Virus record (IMG/VR): IMGVR_UViG_3300020439_000004
Coordinates: 1 to 64,000 of that record
Length of the DNA stretch: 64,000 bases
Reading direction: 5' to 3' (one strand)
Source: a virus
The notes under the pieces are model-generated. The model was not told the DNA's origin. It ran no database searches and saw only the letters and a list, made by a program, of their open reading frames with translations. A program made the position numbers and the translations under genes. Shown piece by piece: positions 49,357 through 60,808 of this stretch (its first letter is position 1; each line of letters starts with the position of its first letter).

Positions 49357-50220
49357 ATGGCATTAGATAGAGTTCATTCTAGCGAGACTCAGTTGTTTTA
49401 TACTGGAGTTAGAGTACCTGCTATACAGTCTATTAATTTTTCTACAGAAAAGCAGACTACTGATATCAGGCATTTAGGTCATTTGTCTTATGGAGAAAGA
49501 ATATTAAACTCTAACCAAACAGTTTCATTTAGTTACTCTAATGTCATTACTACAGGGGCTAGTGGACAAGATCCGTTTTACAATTACCAGCTATCAGATA
49601 GTGGATTTATGAATACCACAAGTTATGGATTTAACATAAAGGATTTTGCAGGTCAAAATACTATAACTGGAGCTTATCTAAGTTCATATTCACTGAGAGG
49701 CTCTGTAGGGTCTTTTGTTGAAGGTGAATCTTCTTATGTGGGAGAAGTAGTATCTTTTGACTCTTCAAATGCTATAGGATTTAGTGACATGTCTGATGAC
49801 ACTTTTGATGTATTCCAACCTAGAGATATATCAATTGTAACATCAGGCTCTATGGGTAGTGCTGGCACAGGAGTTATAAGTACAGCTAATTTAAGTATAC
49901 AAAGTTTTGACATTTCAGTAGCTACCTCAAGACAACCTATAAATAGACTAGGTTCAAGAACTCCAGAGTTTAGATATCCAAGTTTGCCTATTGATGGCAC
50001 TTTGAATGTAAGTTTTTTAAAGACTGCTGTTACTGGAATAGACATGGGGCCGCTCATAATAGATACAGGAACTATAACAGTAGAATTGAAAGATGATGCC
50101 GACGACACTATAATGAGATTTATAAATAGTGGATGTAGTTTAAAGTCTGTCTCAGAATCAGTAGATCTAGATGGAAATAATCTTTTAAACTTTTCTTACG
50201 TTATTTGTATAAAAAAATGA
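49357..50220 (+). CDS. tail tube paralogue
   Basis: Aligns by eye with 48088-49290 (QSxxIxV..R..I..LG....L..PID). Confidence 0.6.
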   Translation: MALDRVHSSETQLFYTGVRVPAIQSINFSTEKQTTDIRHLGHLSYGERILNSNQTVSFSYSNVITTGASGQDPFYNYQLSDSGFMNTTSYGFNIKDFAGQNTITGAYLSSYSLRGSVGSFVEGESSYVGEVVSFDSSNAIGFSDMSDDTFDVFQPRDISIVTSGSMGSAGTGVISTANLSIQSFDISVATSRQPINRLGSRTPEFRYPSLPIDGTLNVSFLKTAVTGIDMGPLIIDTGTITVELKDDADDTIMRFINSGCSLKSVSESVDLDGNNLLNFSYVICIKK

Positions 50221-51479
50221 ATGTAACAGGAACTCTACCATCAGGATTTAAAAATTCAATTATAGATATTGAATTAATTGTGAATTCACCTCAAAGCGGA
50301 TTTGAAGTATCTTTAATGGAAAGCGGGAAATTTCACTCCTCTAAATTAATTACTTTTTCAGGCTCTGAGGGCGCTATGTTTGATCAAAGCGGTAATTTTT
50401 TTGGTGGCTACAAAAGTGGTTCAGCACTAGATTTAAAAGTTCACTATGATTATGCAAATTCTGGATTTTCTTATTATTTTGAAAATACTTTAATTGCTAA
50501 CAACTTACAACCTACAGGAGTTAGCGAGGGAGCCACAGATGCGAGTGTTAATGCTGTAAGTTTTAAAAAGTATGGTAATTCCTCTGTATCTGTAGTTGCA
50601 AATGGAGATGCTAGAACAACTTTAGCTAAAGATGCTACAGATCAAATAGAATCAGATATCACAGATTCCATGGATGTAGCCACTAATGGAAGCATGTTTA
50701 TAGGTTATACAGATCCTGCTGGAACTTTAGAAGGGGGTGGTTTTAATGCTTTGCGCTCTGACAACTTCTGGGGTAAAGATATTGATTTTACAGCAGTAAG
50801 CGTTTGGAATAATGAAGGTGACGGAAGTGCTGGTAGTGAAGATTTTAGGAAAAGAGCAGCAACCGCTATTACCAGAAGACACGTAGTAATGGCAAAACAT
50901 TTCCCAATAGCAGCATCTCAAGTAGTTTATTTTTCAGATTCTAATGGAACTTGGATCTCTAGAACAATTGAAGCTGTAGCAAACCACGCGAGCGCTGATA
51001 TTACAGTTGGCGTATTAGATGAGGATCTTCCTGAAACTGTAACCCCTGTTAAGGTTGTGCCTTCTAATATTAATACATACTTTAGAAGAAATACCTCAAC
51101 TCAGCTAATAAGTGATTTTTTTAGGCCAATAGTTGTTGGGTTTGATTTTGAGAAAAAAGGTTTATTGATGGAATTGAATAATGCAAATGATGCTTCAAAC
51201 TTGTTCCGATTCCTTGCAGCAGGTTCAATTCCCAGCCCTTTTAGTAATTTATCTGAAGCTTTGGGTTCTGGAGATTCAGGAAACCCATGTTTTTTAATAA
51301 TTGATGGTGAAGCAATATTAATTGGCACTTTCCACACTACAGCGTATGGGCCAGCTTTTGCTAATTATATTTCAGATATAAATACACTTATTGCCTCCGC
51401 TGATTCTTCTGCAAGTATTACTACAAATCTAGTAGTAACAGAGGCTAAGTTGCCGTTAACTACTTATTTCAGTTATTAA
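50217..51479 (+). CDS. virion-module protein with C-terminal trypsin-like serine protease
   Basis: TAITRRHVVMAKHF (His), ADITVG (Asp), GDSGNP (Ser). Confidence 0.7.
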   Translation: MNVTGTLPSGFKNSIIDIELIVNSPQSGFEVSLMESGKFHSSKLITFSGSEGAMFDQSGNFFGGYKSGSALDLKVHYDYANSGFSYYFENTLIANNLQPTGVSEGATDASVNAVSFKKYGNSSVSVVANGDARTTLAKDATDQIESDITDSMDVATNGSMFIGYTDPAGTLEGGGFNALRSDNFWGKDIDFTAVSVWNNEGDGSAGSEDFRKRAATAITRRHVVMAKHFPIAASQVVYFSDSNGTWISRTIEAVANHASADITVGVLDEDLPETVTPVKVVPSNINTYFRRNTSTQLISDFFRPIVVGFDFEKKGLLMELNNANDASNLFRFLAAGSIPSPFSNLSEALGSGDSGNPCFLIIDGEAILIGTFHTTAYGPAFANYISDINTLIASADSSASITTNLVVTEAKLPLTTYFSY

Positions 51480-51524
51480 TATTTTTTTGATAAAAGCTTA
51501 GTTATTTTTTATAATAAAAAATAT

Positions 51525-53124
51525 ATGAGTGATTTATATACTTTTGATATCAAGAGGAAAGCTGGCGGAAAATCAAAAAAAACCATAAAAACTAAAGTTA
51601 TTATTAAAAGACCAACTTTAGCACAAACTGAAGATGGTGAATTTTTCTATGGTCAAAAATTTAATGAGTTTATTAATGCTGGCTTTCTAACTAAAGCCAT
51701 GCTATCCAAGAAAATGGAAGACATAGGTGAAGGAGTCTTTTCTAAGAAAGAAAGCGCTCAAATGCAAGAAATAATGAAGCAGAATGTAGAGGCGAGTAGA
51801 ATTATTGAGTTTTATGGAGAAGCAAAAGATTTAGATGAAGAGCAAGAACAAAAACTAGAGAATGCCAAAGATGATTTTGTTGCTACCCAATCTGCTCTAT
51901 ACCAGTATCAGAGCCAACTTAGGGATCAGTATTCACAAACAGCGGATTCAAAAGCAGAGCAAAAGTTAATAGAATGGTTTGTTTTTAACTTTTCTTTTTA
52001 TGAAGATAAAATAGATAATAAAAAAGAGTTATTTCCTATCTTTCAGGGAGAGAATTATGATGATAAAAGAAAATTTTATCTATACATCTCTGATGAAGCC
52101 ACTGAAATTAAAGATGACGATCTTAAAAAGGCTAAAGATATATTTCAAGAGTCTTACGATACTTTAATTAGAGTTATTAGCATTTGGTTTAATCAATTAG
52201 GTAGGGATCAAAAGTCTATTGATAAAGCTTTGAACGATTTGTTTACAGACGAAGAAGATGCAAAATGAGATATCTCCATCTCAAATTTTATTAGAAATCT
52301 CCAGAGGTTATAGCGTTTTTGAAATAAACGAAAAAATATATTTCTTTAAGCATTTCTCTATAGAGGAAATGCTAACTCTAGATGAGTTTGAAAGAGATGA
52401 AGCTAAAAGGGCTAAAAAAATGGGCCTAAAAAATGAGGGTGAGCTTTTAAAAGATGCCATGAAATATGGCGCTTGGACTCAGCAAGAAGAAGATAAAATA
52501 AAATCTCTTGAATGGACAATTAATAACTCTTATAAGGTTTTAGAAAAATTCAGCGATCCTGTCACAAAAAGAAGCTTTGAGAATCAAATAAAAGATCAAG
52601 AAGAAGAATTAAAAATATTAAAAAATAAAAAATCTAAGATTAGTTCTTACAGCGCAGAAGCTTTAGCACAGCAAAAGAAGCTCTCGAAAATGATATTTAA
52701 CTCCTTATTTTACGATAAGGAGTTTACTAAAATTGTAAAAGATAAAGATGTTGAAGTTTTAGGTGCTTTAGTTTTTTCAAAATTTAGTGAATTGGCTAAT
52801 AAGGAAAATACTTTAAAGGCATGTTATTTAACTTATTTTTTTGAAGTCTTTATGGCTACTTCTAATTGCTTAGACTTATTCAAAACAGATTTTATGAATT
52901 TAACAATATTCCAAAAGGGTCTAATTTCTTACAGTCGCGCCCTTATGAACAAGATACAAAATACTAGCATCCCTGAGAAAATATACGGAGATCCTGTAAA
53001 AATGTTTGATTACAAGGAACCAAAGAAAGAAGAAAAAGAGAACACAACGCATGGTTTAGACGATTTAAAGAGAAGAATGTCTAGCAGAGGTGGAGAACTT
53101 AAAGCTGAGGACTTTTTAGGTTGA
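51525..53124 (+). CDS. two tail assembly chaperone candidates (51525-52268, 52258-53124)
   Basis: Helical charged proteins directly before the tape measure gene; promoter TTGATA-N17-TATAAT at 51487-51515. Confidence 0.5.
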
Positions 53125-53143
53125 TTAGTGTAATTTACACTAT

Positions 53144-56100
53144 ATGCCATCTTCTTTTGACGTAACCGCTAATGTAAATCTTGATCCCAGAAGTTTAAAC
53201 GCTTCTGCGAAGAAGATTGAGCTTGCTTTAGGCCGTATTACGGGGCAAGCATCAGAATTTCAAAAATCACTTGATGCCTCTACTGCTCGTGTTTTTGCGT
53301 TCGGAGCTACAACAGCGGTTCTAAATGGAGTCAATCAGGCATTCAAAAAACTAGTAAGTACTACTATAGAAGTAGAAAAAAGATTAATAGAAATTAATTC
53401 TATATTCCAAGCTAATGAAAAAGTATTTAACCAGTTCAGAAACTCTATATTTCAAGTAGCAAAAGATACAGGACAAGCATTTGGAACAGTTGCAGAAGGT
53501 GCTGCGGAATTAGCTAGACAAGGTCTTAGTGCAGAAGAAACAGCTAAAAGACTAAAAGCTTCTTTGGTTTTAACAAGAATATCAGGGCTTGATGCAGAAA
53601 AGTCTGTAAAAGCTCTTACTGCTGCTATAAATGGATTTGCTTCTGCTGGACTTAGTGCAAATCAGATTGTTAATAAGTTGGTTGCTGTTGATACCGCCTT
53701 TGCTGTATCTGCTCAAGACTTGGCTGAAGCATTTAGTCGTGCTGGATCTACAGCGGAGGACGCTGGTGTTAGCTTTGACCAGCTTTTGGGTTTAGTTACA
53801 GCAGTTGAGCAGAAGACTGCTAGAGGTGGTGCTGTTATTGGTAACGCCTTTAAATCTATTTTTACAAGACTTTCTAGAGGGGACACCATAGAATCTTTAA
53901 GAGAATTAGGAGTTCAGATTGATGCAACTCAAAACGGAATACAAAAACTAAACGCACTTTCGGTTGCTTTAGAAAATATCTCAGACCCTACTGTCGCTTC
54001 TCAAATTAAAGAGCTAGCTGGTGGTGTTTTCCAGATAAACGTTGTTAGTGCAGCATTGAAAGATTTAAGCTCTGACACTTCTATATTTGCTGGAGCTGCC
54101 AAGACAGCATCTGAAGCTACTAATGAAGCTTTTGAAAAGAACGCAGATTTAAATAGGAGTTTAGCCGCTCAAATAAATGCTCTTATAGCAGGACTAACAT
54201 CTCTAGCAGAAAGAGTTGGTTCATTAACTTTTGGACCTCTTTTAGAAAACTTATTGGGTCTTACTACAAAATTTACAGAGTTTTTAGATAAAGCATTGGA
54301 CCCAGAAAAAGGTAGTGCTTTTGTAAAAGGATTATTTAAAACAATTGGTCAGTTTCTTGGTGGTCCTGCTGTAGTTATATTTACTGGTGCTTTTGTTAAG
54401 ATATTCGCGCTTGTTGCTAAGTTTGCTAAAGATGGATTAATGTCTGTCTTTGCTATTGGTTCTGAGACATCTAAAATTAGAAACATAGAAGCTGGTATTG
54501 TTGGTTTATTGCAGAAGGATAGTCAGCTAAGACAGTTAATTACAAGTTCTACTGCTTCACAAGCTCAAAAAGAGCAAGCAATTATAAGCGCTATAAAAGC
54601 TGAAAATGCTTTACTTGCACAACAGGCATCATTGATGAACTCTATAGCTTCTGCTGCTAGAGCTAGAGGTGTTGCATCTTTTAATGCCTCAACAGGTCAA
54701 TTTAAAGGTAAGAAGGGCTTTGCATCTGGCTTCATGCAAGAAGAAGCGACGGCTAGAGGGTTGGGAGCTACTGGATCAGTTAAAGCTCATTTTGGTCAAG
54801 GCACAATAGGTGGCCGCAGATTCATAATGAACAACCAAGAAGTGGAGATTCCTAACTTTGCTGGTGGTAGAGATTCTGCGGTTATACCAATGTACGCAAA
54901 AGGAGGTCCGTACAGAACAAACAAATTTTCTTCAAAATCAACAGGATCAGCCGTAGGAAGTGCGGCAGGAGGTGGCAAAACTTTATTTATGGATGGTTCT
55001 AAATTTGGATTACTTGCCGCCTTTTCAGGTAAAAGTATTCCAAGGGAATCAAAAACAAGCCTTGATAAGTTAAGCCCACCAAGCGTTCAAGGTCTTTCAC
55101 AAAGTGGTTATTCTATACAAGGTCTAAAAAGACAAGGATTTAGTCATGTTGGTGTAAGAGGACTCAAAGTTACTGCTTTAGATGCTGGTAGGCCAAATTT
55201 TAGAAAAAAGTTTCAACCAAGAATACAAAAAGCATTTGCACAACCGTTAGTTAACTTTGGCTCTCAAATTATTGGAGATACCTTCAAAGGTAACGATACC
55301 AAGTCAATAGGCCAAGGTTTAAAAAAGAGTTCAAAAGGTGTTAAGCTTTTCTCTGATGCCGCTGAAGGTGGTATAATAGAGTCTGCAATAAAAGCTGTTA
55401 TTGCGGGATCAAGAGCTGCCAGTGTTTTCAGTACTCCAAATAATGAAAGAGCGCCATTTGATTTTGAAGAAAATACAAATCTAAGACAAAAAGATAGCGT
55501 TGCTGGTACGTTTTTTAGAGGTCAAGGTGTCAAAAGGGCAGATGCTAAAAGAACAGCAGATAAAGATTCTGCAAGGTCTTTTATAGCAAAGATATTACAA
55601 GATAGTTCAGCTAGGTCTATGGCGCTGCCAAGGGGAAGAGGCAAGGCTGCTGGACATATTCCTAGATTTGCAAAAGGTAAAGTGCCAAAAGGTGATGGTG
55701 GTATGGGTGAAGGTGGAATGTTCTTAGCTTTATCAGGAGCATCAATGGCTTTGAATACCATGTCTGCATCTGGCGATGAGGCTGGAGGAGCGTTGAGTGG
55801 TTTAGCGGAAACTGCAAGTAAAGCTGTAAATGCTTTGCTGACATTTCAAACATTAAGTTTTATAACTGGTGGTAAATTGGGTGGTCTTGTAACAAAACCC
55901 ATGTCTACTCTTGGAAGAGGTATGAGAGCAGGATTTGCAGGTAAAGGTGCTGGAGCTTTAGGTGCAGGAAAAATTGGAGGATTAGGAGGATTTGGCGCAA
56001 AAGCTGGTGCATTAGGGGCTACAAAACTAGGAGCTTTTAAAGGTGCTGCCGCAATGGGTCCAGTTGGGGCTGCAATTGGAGCAGCATTTGTTGGACATGT

Positions 56101-57646
56101 TATAGGTTCTAAGATTGGTAATGCAATAGGAGATCAAATTATTCAAAAAGGAACGGCTAAAGCTGCCAAAGAAATGAATATTGCCAACATTGGAGGCATG
56201 AATGCGGAGAGGGTTAATCTTAAGCGTCAGTTGGCTGGAGTTGGAGGTAGAGAAGGTATTGATCTATTTAATCAAACATTTGCTGGAAATCAAGAAGAAG
56301 TAAATAAAGCTTTTAAATCATATGAGGCTGCGTTAAGAGCTTCTGCTGAAAAAACTAAACAAGGAATACCTACCGAAGAAGCTAGAACCCAAGCGACGGC
56401 GGATTTTAACAAAAGATTAAAAGAGCTTGGCGGCATCACCAAGGATACAATATTCCAACAGACAGATTTCAATAGAAGGCAACAGTTTTTAAATAACAAA
56501 ATTGCAGAATTAACAAGCAGAATCAATAGGGTAAAAGGCAGCTCTCAGATGAGAGATATCCAAAACAGCGCAATGATTTCTTCTAGTATGAAGGATAGAG
56601 CTGATATAATGGGAGCCTTAAAGTTTTCAGGACCAATGTCAGCATCTGTTGGTGCAGCAGTAAATGTTACTCAAAGAACATCAGCGGCATCTGATGCTCT
56701 AATGCAAAAAAGAGCATTACAAGCTCAAATGCTTACAGAGGTTGACCCTAAAAAGAGAGAAGATTTAGAAAAAAGTATAGAAGCCGCAGGAAAGAATTTT
56801 GCTAATATAGTTAAAGAGAGTTCTATAAATTTTGCGAACAATATTGTTGCTTTGCAGGATCAAATGAAAGCGGCGGAAGAAAAGAGATTGCAATCTAGAA
56901 CTGATGAGGTTGGTAGAGATATAGGTGCTTTACAAGCTTTAGCTGAAGGTGGTATTATGACACCCAAAGGTCAGAAAGATTTCCAAGAACAAGCTAGAAA
57001 GCAAAGAGAAAAATTTGAAAAAGCACAAGCAAAGTTAGAAGCTAAAAAACCAATATTTAGAGGTTTAGGTGAGAATGAAGATCAAATAAAAACTAGATTC
57101 CAATCTTTAGCAACGAGCGCAGCAGCATCAGCTCTTGAGTTAATAAGATCACAAGGTATTGAGCAGCTTGCCAAACTTAGAGGTGTTTCTCTTGAAACTC
57201 AACTTGCAAGCATGGGAGGTGATGTTGCTGGTCTTCTCGGCACAGTAAGGAAATCAGGATTTGAGGCTTATGGAGCTAAAGAAACTCAACGAAGTAAAGA
57301 TATCAGTGAAGCGGTAATAAATGCTGATAAAGAATATGAGTCTTTAAGTGAGGCTCTTTTTAGAAACACAAAAGCTTTAGATGCATTTGCTGAGAACTTT
57401 AGCACTGATGAAGCAGAAGGAATTCCTCAAAATGTTAAAAAATTAGCTGAAGGTGTGCAAGCGGCGGCTAAAGGTTTTGAAAATATAAAAAATATAACTG
57501 AACCTTTTGCAAAAGTTTCAGCCATGACGGTAACTGCTGCTGAAACTGCTCAACAAGTCATTGGAAAAACAGAAGCTTCACTAAAAAACATGTTAACAAG
57601 AGTAGAAGCTTTAGAAAGAGACTCAGCAGCACTTAGAGGTGAATAA
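53144..57646 (+). CDS. tail tape measure protein
   Basis: 1500 aa, Ala/Gly-rich and helical; TP901-type core (ELARQG, DLAEAFSRAGS, G.VIGNAFKSIFTRL). Confidence 0.9.
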   Translation: MPSSFDVTANVNLDPRSLNASAKKIELALGRITGQASEFQKSLDASTARVFAFGATTAVLNGVNQAFKKLVSTTIEVEKRLIEINSIFQANEKVFNQFRNSIFQVAKDTGQAFGTVAEGAAELARQGLSAEETAKRLKASLVLTRISGLDAEKSVKALTAAINGFASAGLSANQIVNKLVAVDTAFAVSAQDLAEAFSRAGSTAEDAGVSFDQLLGLVTAVEQKTARGGAVIGNAFKSIFTRLSRGDTIESLRELGVQIDATQNGIQKLNALSVALENISDPTVASQIKELAGGVFQINVVSAALKDLSSDTSIFAGAAKTASEATNEAFEKNADLNRSLAAQINALIAGLTSLAERVGSLTFGPLLENLLGLTTKFTEFLDKALDPEKGSAFVKGLFKTIGQFLGGPAVVIFTGAFVKIFALVAKFAKDGLMSVFAIGSETSKIRNIEAGIVGLLQKDSQLRQLITSSTASQAQKEQAIISAIKAENALLAQQASLMNSIASAARARGVASFNASTGQFKGKKGFASGFMQEEATARGLGATGSVKAHFGQGTIGGRRFIMNNQEVEIPNFAGGRDSAVIPMYAKGGPYRTNKFSSKSTGSAVGSAAGGGKTLFMDGSKFGLLAAFSGKSIPRESKTSLDKLSPPSVQGLSQSGYSIQGLKRQGFSHVGVRGLKVTALDAGRPNFRKKFQPRIQKAFAQPLVNFGSQIIGDTFKGNDTKSIGQGLKKSSKGVKLFSDAAEGGIIESAIKAVIAGSRAASVFSTPNNERAPFDFEENTNLRQKDSVAGTFFRGQGVKRADAKRTADKDSARSFIAKILQDSSARSMALPRGRGKAAGHIPRFAKGKVPKGDGGMGEGGMFLALSGASMALNTMSASGDEAGGALSGLAETASKAVNALLTFQTLSFITGGKLGGLVTKPMSTLGRGMRAGFAGKGAGALGAGKIGGLGGFGAKAGALGATKLGAFKGAAAMGPVGAAIGAAFVGHVIGSKIGNAIGDQIIQKGTAKAAKEMNIANIGGMNAERVNLKRQLAGVGGREGIDLFNQTFAGNQEEVNKAFKSYEAALRASAEKTKQGIPTEEARTQATADFNKRLKELGGITKDTIFQQTDFNRRQQFLNNKIAELTSRINRVKGSSQMRDIQNSAMISSSMKDRADIMGALKFSGPMSASVGAAVNVTQRTSAASDALMQKRALQAQMLTEVDPKKREDLEKSIEAAGKNFANIVKESSINFANNIVALQDQMKAAEEKRLQSRTDEVGRDIGALQALAEGGIMTPKGQKDFQEQARKQREKFEKAQAKLEAKKPIFRGLGENEDQIKTRFQSLATSAAASALELIRSQGIEQLAKLRGVSLETQLASMGGDVAGLLGTVRKSGFEAYGAKETQRSKDISEAVINADKEYESLSEALFRNTKALDAFAENFSTDEAEGIPQNVKKLAEGVQAAAKGFENIKNITEPFAKVSAMTVTAAETAQQVIGKTEASLKNMLTRVEALERDSAALRGE

Positions 57647-57651
57647 TTAAA

Positions 57652-60600
57652 ATGGCATCAATAATAGCAAACAATATAATAAGTTCCTCTTCCAATATTT
57701 CATATCAGTATAATGAAACGGAAGAAGTGTTTGGATATGTTATATCCGCGACTTATAATTTAAATGTTGCTGATGTCGCTTTTGAAAATGGTGATGGTTT
57801 TTTAATTGCAGGTAGAGAGGCTGTAAGAGCAGCATACGCAAAGCCAGAAATTGTAGCTAGGATAGGTGGAGATGAATTTTTAAAAGGTCAAATTCAAAGT
57901 GTCTCTTTCTCAGATGGAACTTTAGTTGGTTCTGAAACTGCAAACATAACTATTCAAGAATCTAGAAGATTAGATGACTACTCTTCTACAAACTTTTGCA
58001 AATATATTCCCAATCCGCATTTAGTAAGTTCTTTTGCTGAGACTTATAATTTTACTAGATCAGAGGATACATATAGCTATTCAAGAGATATAAATTTAAC
58101 ATACAAGCAAGGAGCTGGAGATAGGTTCTTAAATGACGCTAGAATTTTCCTTACTCAATATTATTTTGCTAACAGGCCATCATTCGGATTCCAATCAGAT
58201 GGTATATCTGAAGACGCTACATTTAATAAAGACTACAGGGGTTTACTCACAGAGAAATACGACCTCATAGGTCTGACAGTTGGATTAACAGAAAATTTTA
58301 ATTCTTCTTTTATAGATAATACTAATCATATTTCTAGAAAAGAAACCCAAACAACAACAGTTGATGAAAAGGGTTATCTTAAAAAGACATTTGCTTTTGA
58401 ATTAACGTCACTAAGATTTGATTCGCAGAACATATTGCAAGAGGCTATGAAGACAATCATAGCTGAAGTCATGACAGCTCAAGGGTCAACTCTTGGAGAT
58501 CCTTCATCAATATCTAAGGGTATTAAAAAAGATGGCAACTCTGCATCTTTAAGTATTAGTTTTTCTACAAACCCCACAGAAAGACAAGGCGACTTAGTAA
58601 CCTACTCTGTTGAAGAGAGAAAAAATCAAAAATTTAAAGACTATATATTATCCGCGACCTACAAGGCTAAAGGTAAAACCGATAGAGAAAAATTTAATAA
58701 AGCTAAAACTTTATGGATTTCAGACAAAGATAATAATATAACTAAAGTACAAAGTGTATTTGCTGGATTGCCCACAATATTTGAGAAAGATAGAAACTCT
58801 AACTTTCAAAAGACTGAAGGGATTATAACAGAAACTATAACTTTTACAGACGACCCAGCTTATAAAAATCAATCAGATGGGTTACTTAAATTAAAGATAA
58901 CATCTTCTAACACAAAAAAGATAAGAAGAAATGAATTGGTTTATGATCTTGGAGATTTAAAAGAGAAGCTTGTTGTGAGTGATTTAGAAAGTGTAGGTCA
59001 AGCATCAGTAACTGCTACAACGACTATAGATCCAAATAGAGATTTATTTGGAGGGAAAGATAAATTACTCAATAAGACTTCTGATATGCAAGAGTTTGTT
59101 ACAGGCTCAAAAGTTTTTACCACTTCAGATGTTGTAAATGTAAACTTAGGAGAAGGAACCTCGACTAGAACAATAAATTATTTATATATTTAATGGCTGA
59201 TCCTACTATAACATACGGAAGTTACACATTTCCAACTCCAAGTCCTCTTGTAGCGGAAACATCAAATCCTATTGTTATAAGTGGACAATCTGATTTTTTC
59301 TTAGATGAAGTTAATTTAGTTGGAACTTTAACTGGCGCTAACCTTAGTGGATTGCATGTCAGAAAAATGCAAATGATTAGTGGTTTGCTGTCAGAATTTC
59401 AGACTCTTACTGTTACAGGAGATAATAAAGGAAAGTTTTATAGTGGAGCAAAACCAACATCAATAAGTTTTTCTGAGTCAGACTTAACAACAATTCTACC
59501 TTACTCTGTAACATTTGAGGCTTACTCGTCTGGTACTTTTAGTAAGTTTTTTGGTGTTGTAGATCCACAAGATAATTGGACTTTCTCAGAACAAGATGGA
59601 AGAGTTTCTAATGCTTCGCATACCGTTTCTGCAAGAGGATTAAATCTGGGTAATAGCGTAAGCGCATTAACAAACGCAAAGAATTTTGTATCTGGTAGAA
59701 TTACAGGAAGTAATGGAGGTTATAGAGATATTAGTTTATTCCAAACAGGCGCTAAAGCTTTCCTAAGATCAAGAACAGAAACTATAGATAATAAAGCAAG
59801 CTCATACACTATCACCGAGCAATATAATTATTCTACTAGCGATACTACAATTAATAATAATCCAAGTGGTATACTAGAATCAAACTCTCAGATATCCTTA
59901 GACTCTCAAGGAAAAGTTTCTGTAACTATAAATGGCAGCTTGAAAGGTTCTATAGATGCAAACTCTACTGGCGCTCTTCTAACAACAGGAAACTTCACTC
60001 CTACTCAGGCTCAAGAGCTAGCTGTAAATGCAGTAGCTTCTTCTCTTTCTGATTTTGAATCAGGAGCATATACTTTTTCAAACGTTGGTCCAAGTTCTTA
60101 TGAATACCAATTAAATACAGGAAGCAATACTTTAAATTTTTCTTTTACCTTCACCGATTCTTCTAACACCGAACAATCTGGGAATATATTGCATACCAAA
60201 TCAGCTTCAGTGAGTTGCTCCAAAGATGATGCTAATACAAAAGTCTCTATTAATGGTGAATTAAAGTATCACTCAAATGCTTCTGTCATAAATTCCACAG
60301 GTGACCCTACATCAAGTCAACAATGGTTAGAGTTAAGAAGAGAATTTAGTGGTATAAACTTTTTTAATTTGGCTGTAGAAGCGTTACAGGACTTTACTGG
60401 ATGTGCGACTGGTTACCAAATAAGCGGGTTAAATTTAAATGAAACACCAATAGAAAGTGGTGTTAATAAAAATCCATTTGAAGGAACTATATCTTATAAT
60501 GTTTCTTTTGATAATAAGCTTGATTTAAGTAATGGTGAGTTGACTGGTTTAAGAGTTTCTATAACTGATACTAGGCCAATACAGGTAAGTGGGATAAAGC

Positions 60601-60806
60601 CATCTATCGCGGGCTTCGCCACACAAAATGTTAAAGAAAGACAAATGGGCTTGTATGCGGTGTCTGCCACTTGCGAAGGAGACACTGGAACTTTGCCAAC
60701 TTTAGCAACCAACGTAAACAAATATATCACAGGTGTTTTTGACCAAGCTAAAAGCGAAAGTGTTGGAGAAAATACTATATCTTTTAACTTAAGTAGATAT
60801 TATTAA
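57652..60806 (+). CDS. two tail-tip/hub proteins (57652-59193, 59193-60806)
   Basis: Post-TMP position; S/T-rich repeated beta modules. Confidence 0.55.
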
Positions 60807-60808
60807 TT

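Larger units (their letters stand above)
12023..53133. promoter_or_regulatory. GTGTAA candidate late promoter motif (8 dispersed sites)
   Basis: + strand 12023, 34112, 39743, 41716, 48051, 49343, 53128; - strand 12925-12930; four sites are exactly 8 nt before a start codon. Confidence 0.65.

Noticed and set aside
52200-52270. Programmed frameshift between tail chaperones
   Set aside because: No clear XXXYYYZ slippery site near the end of the first ORF, and the second ORF has its own ATG.
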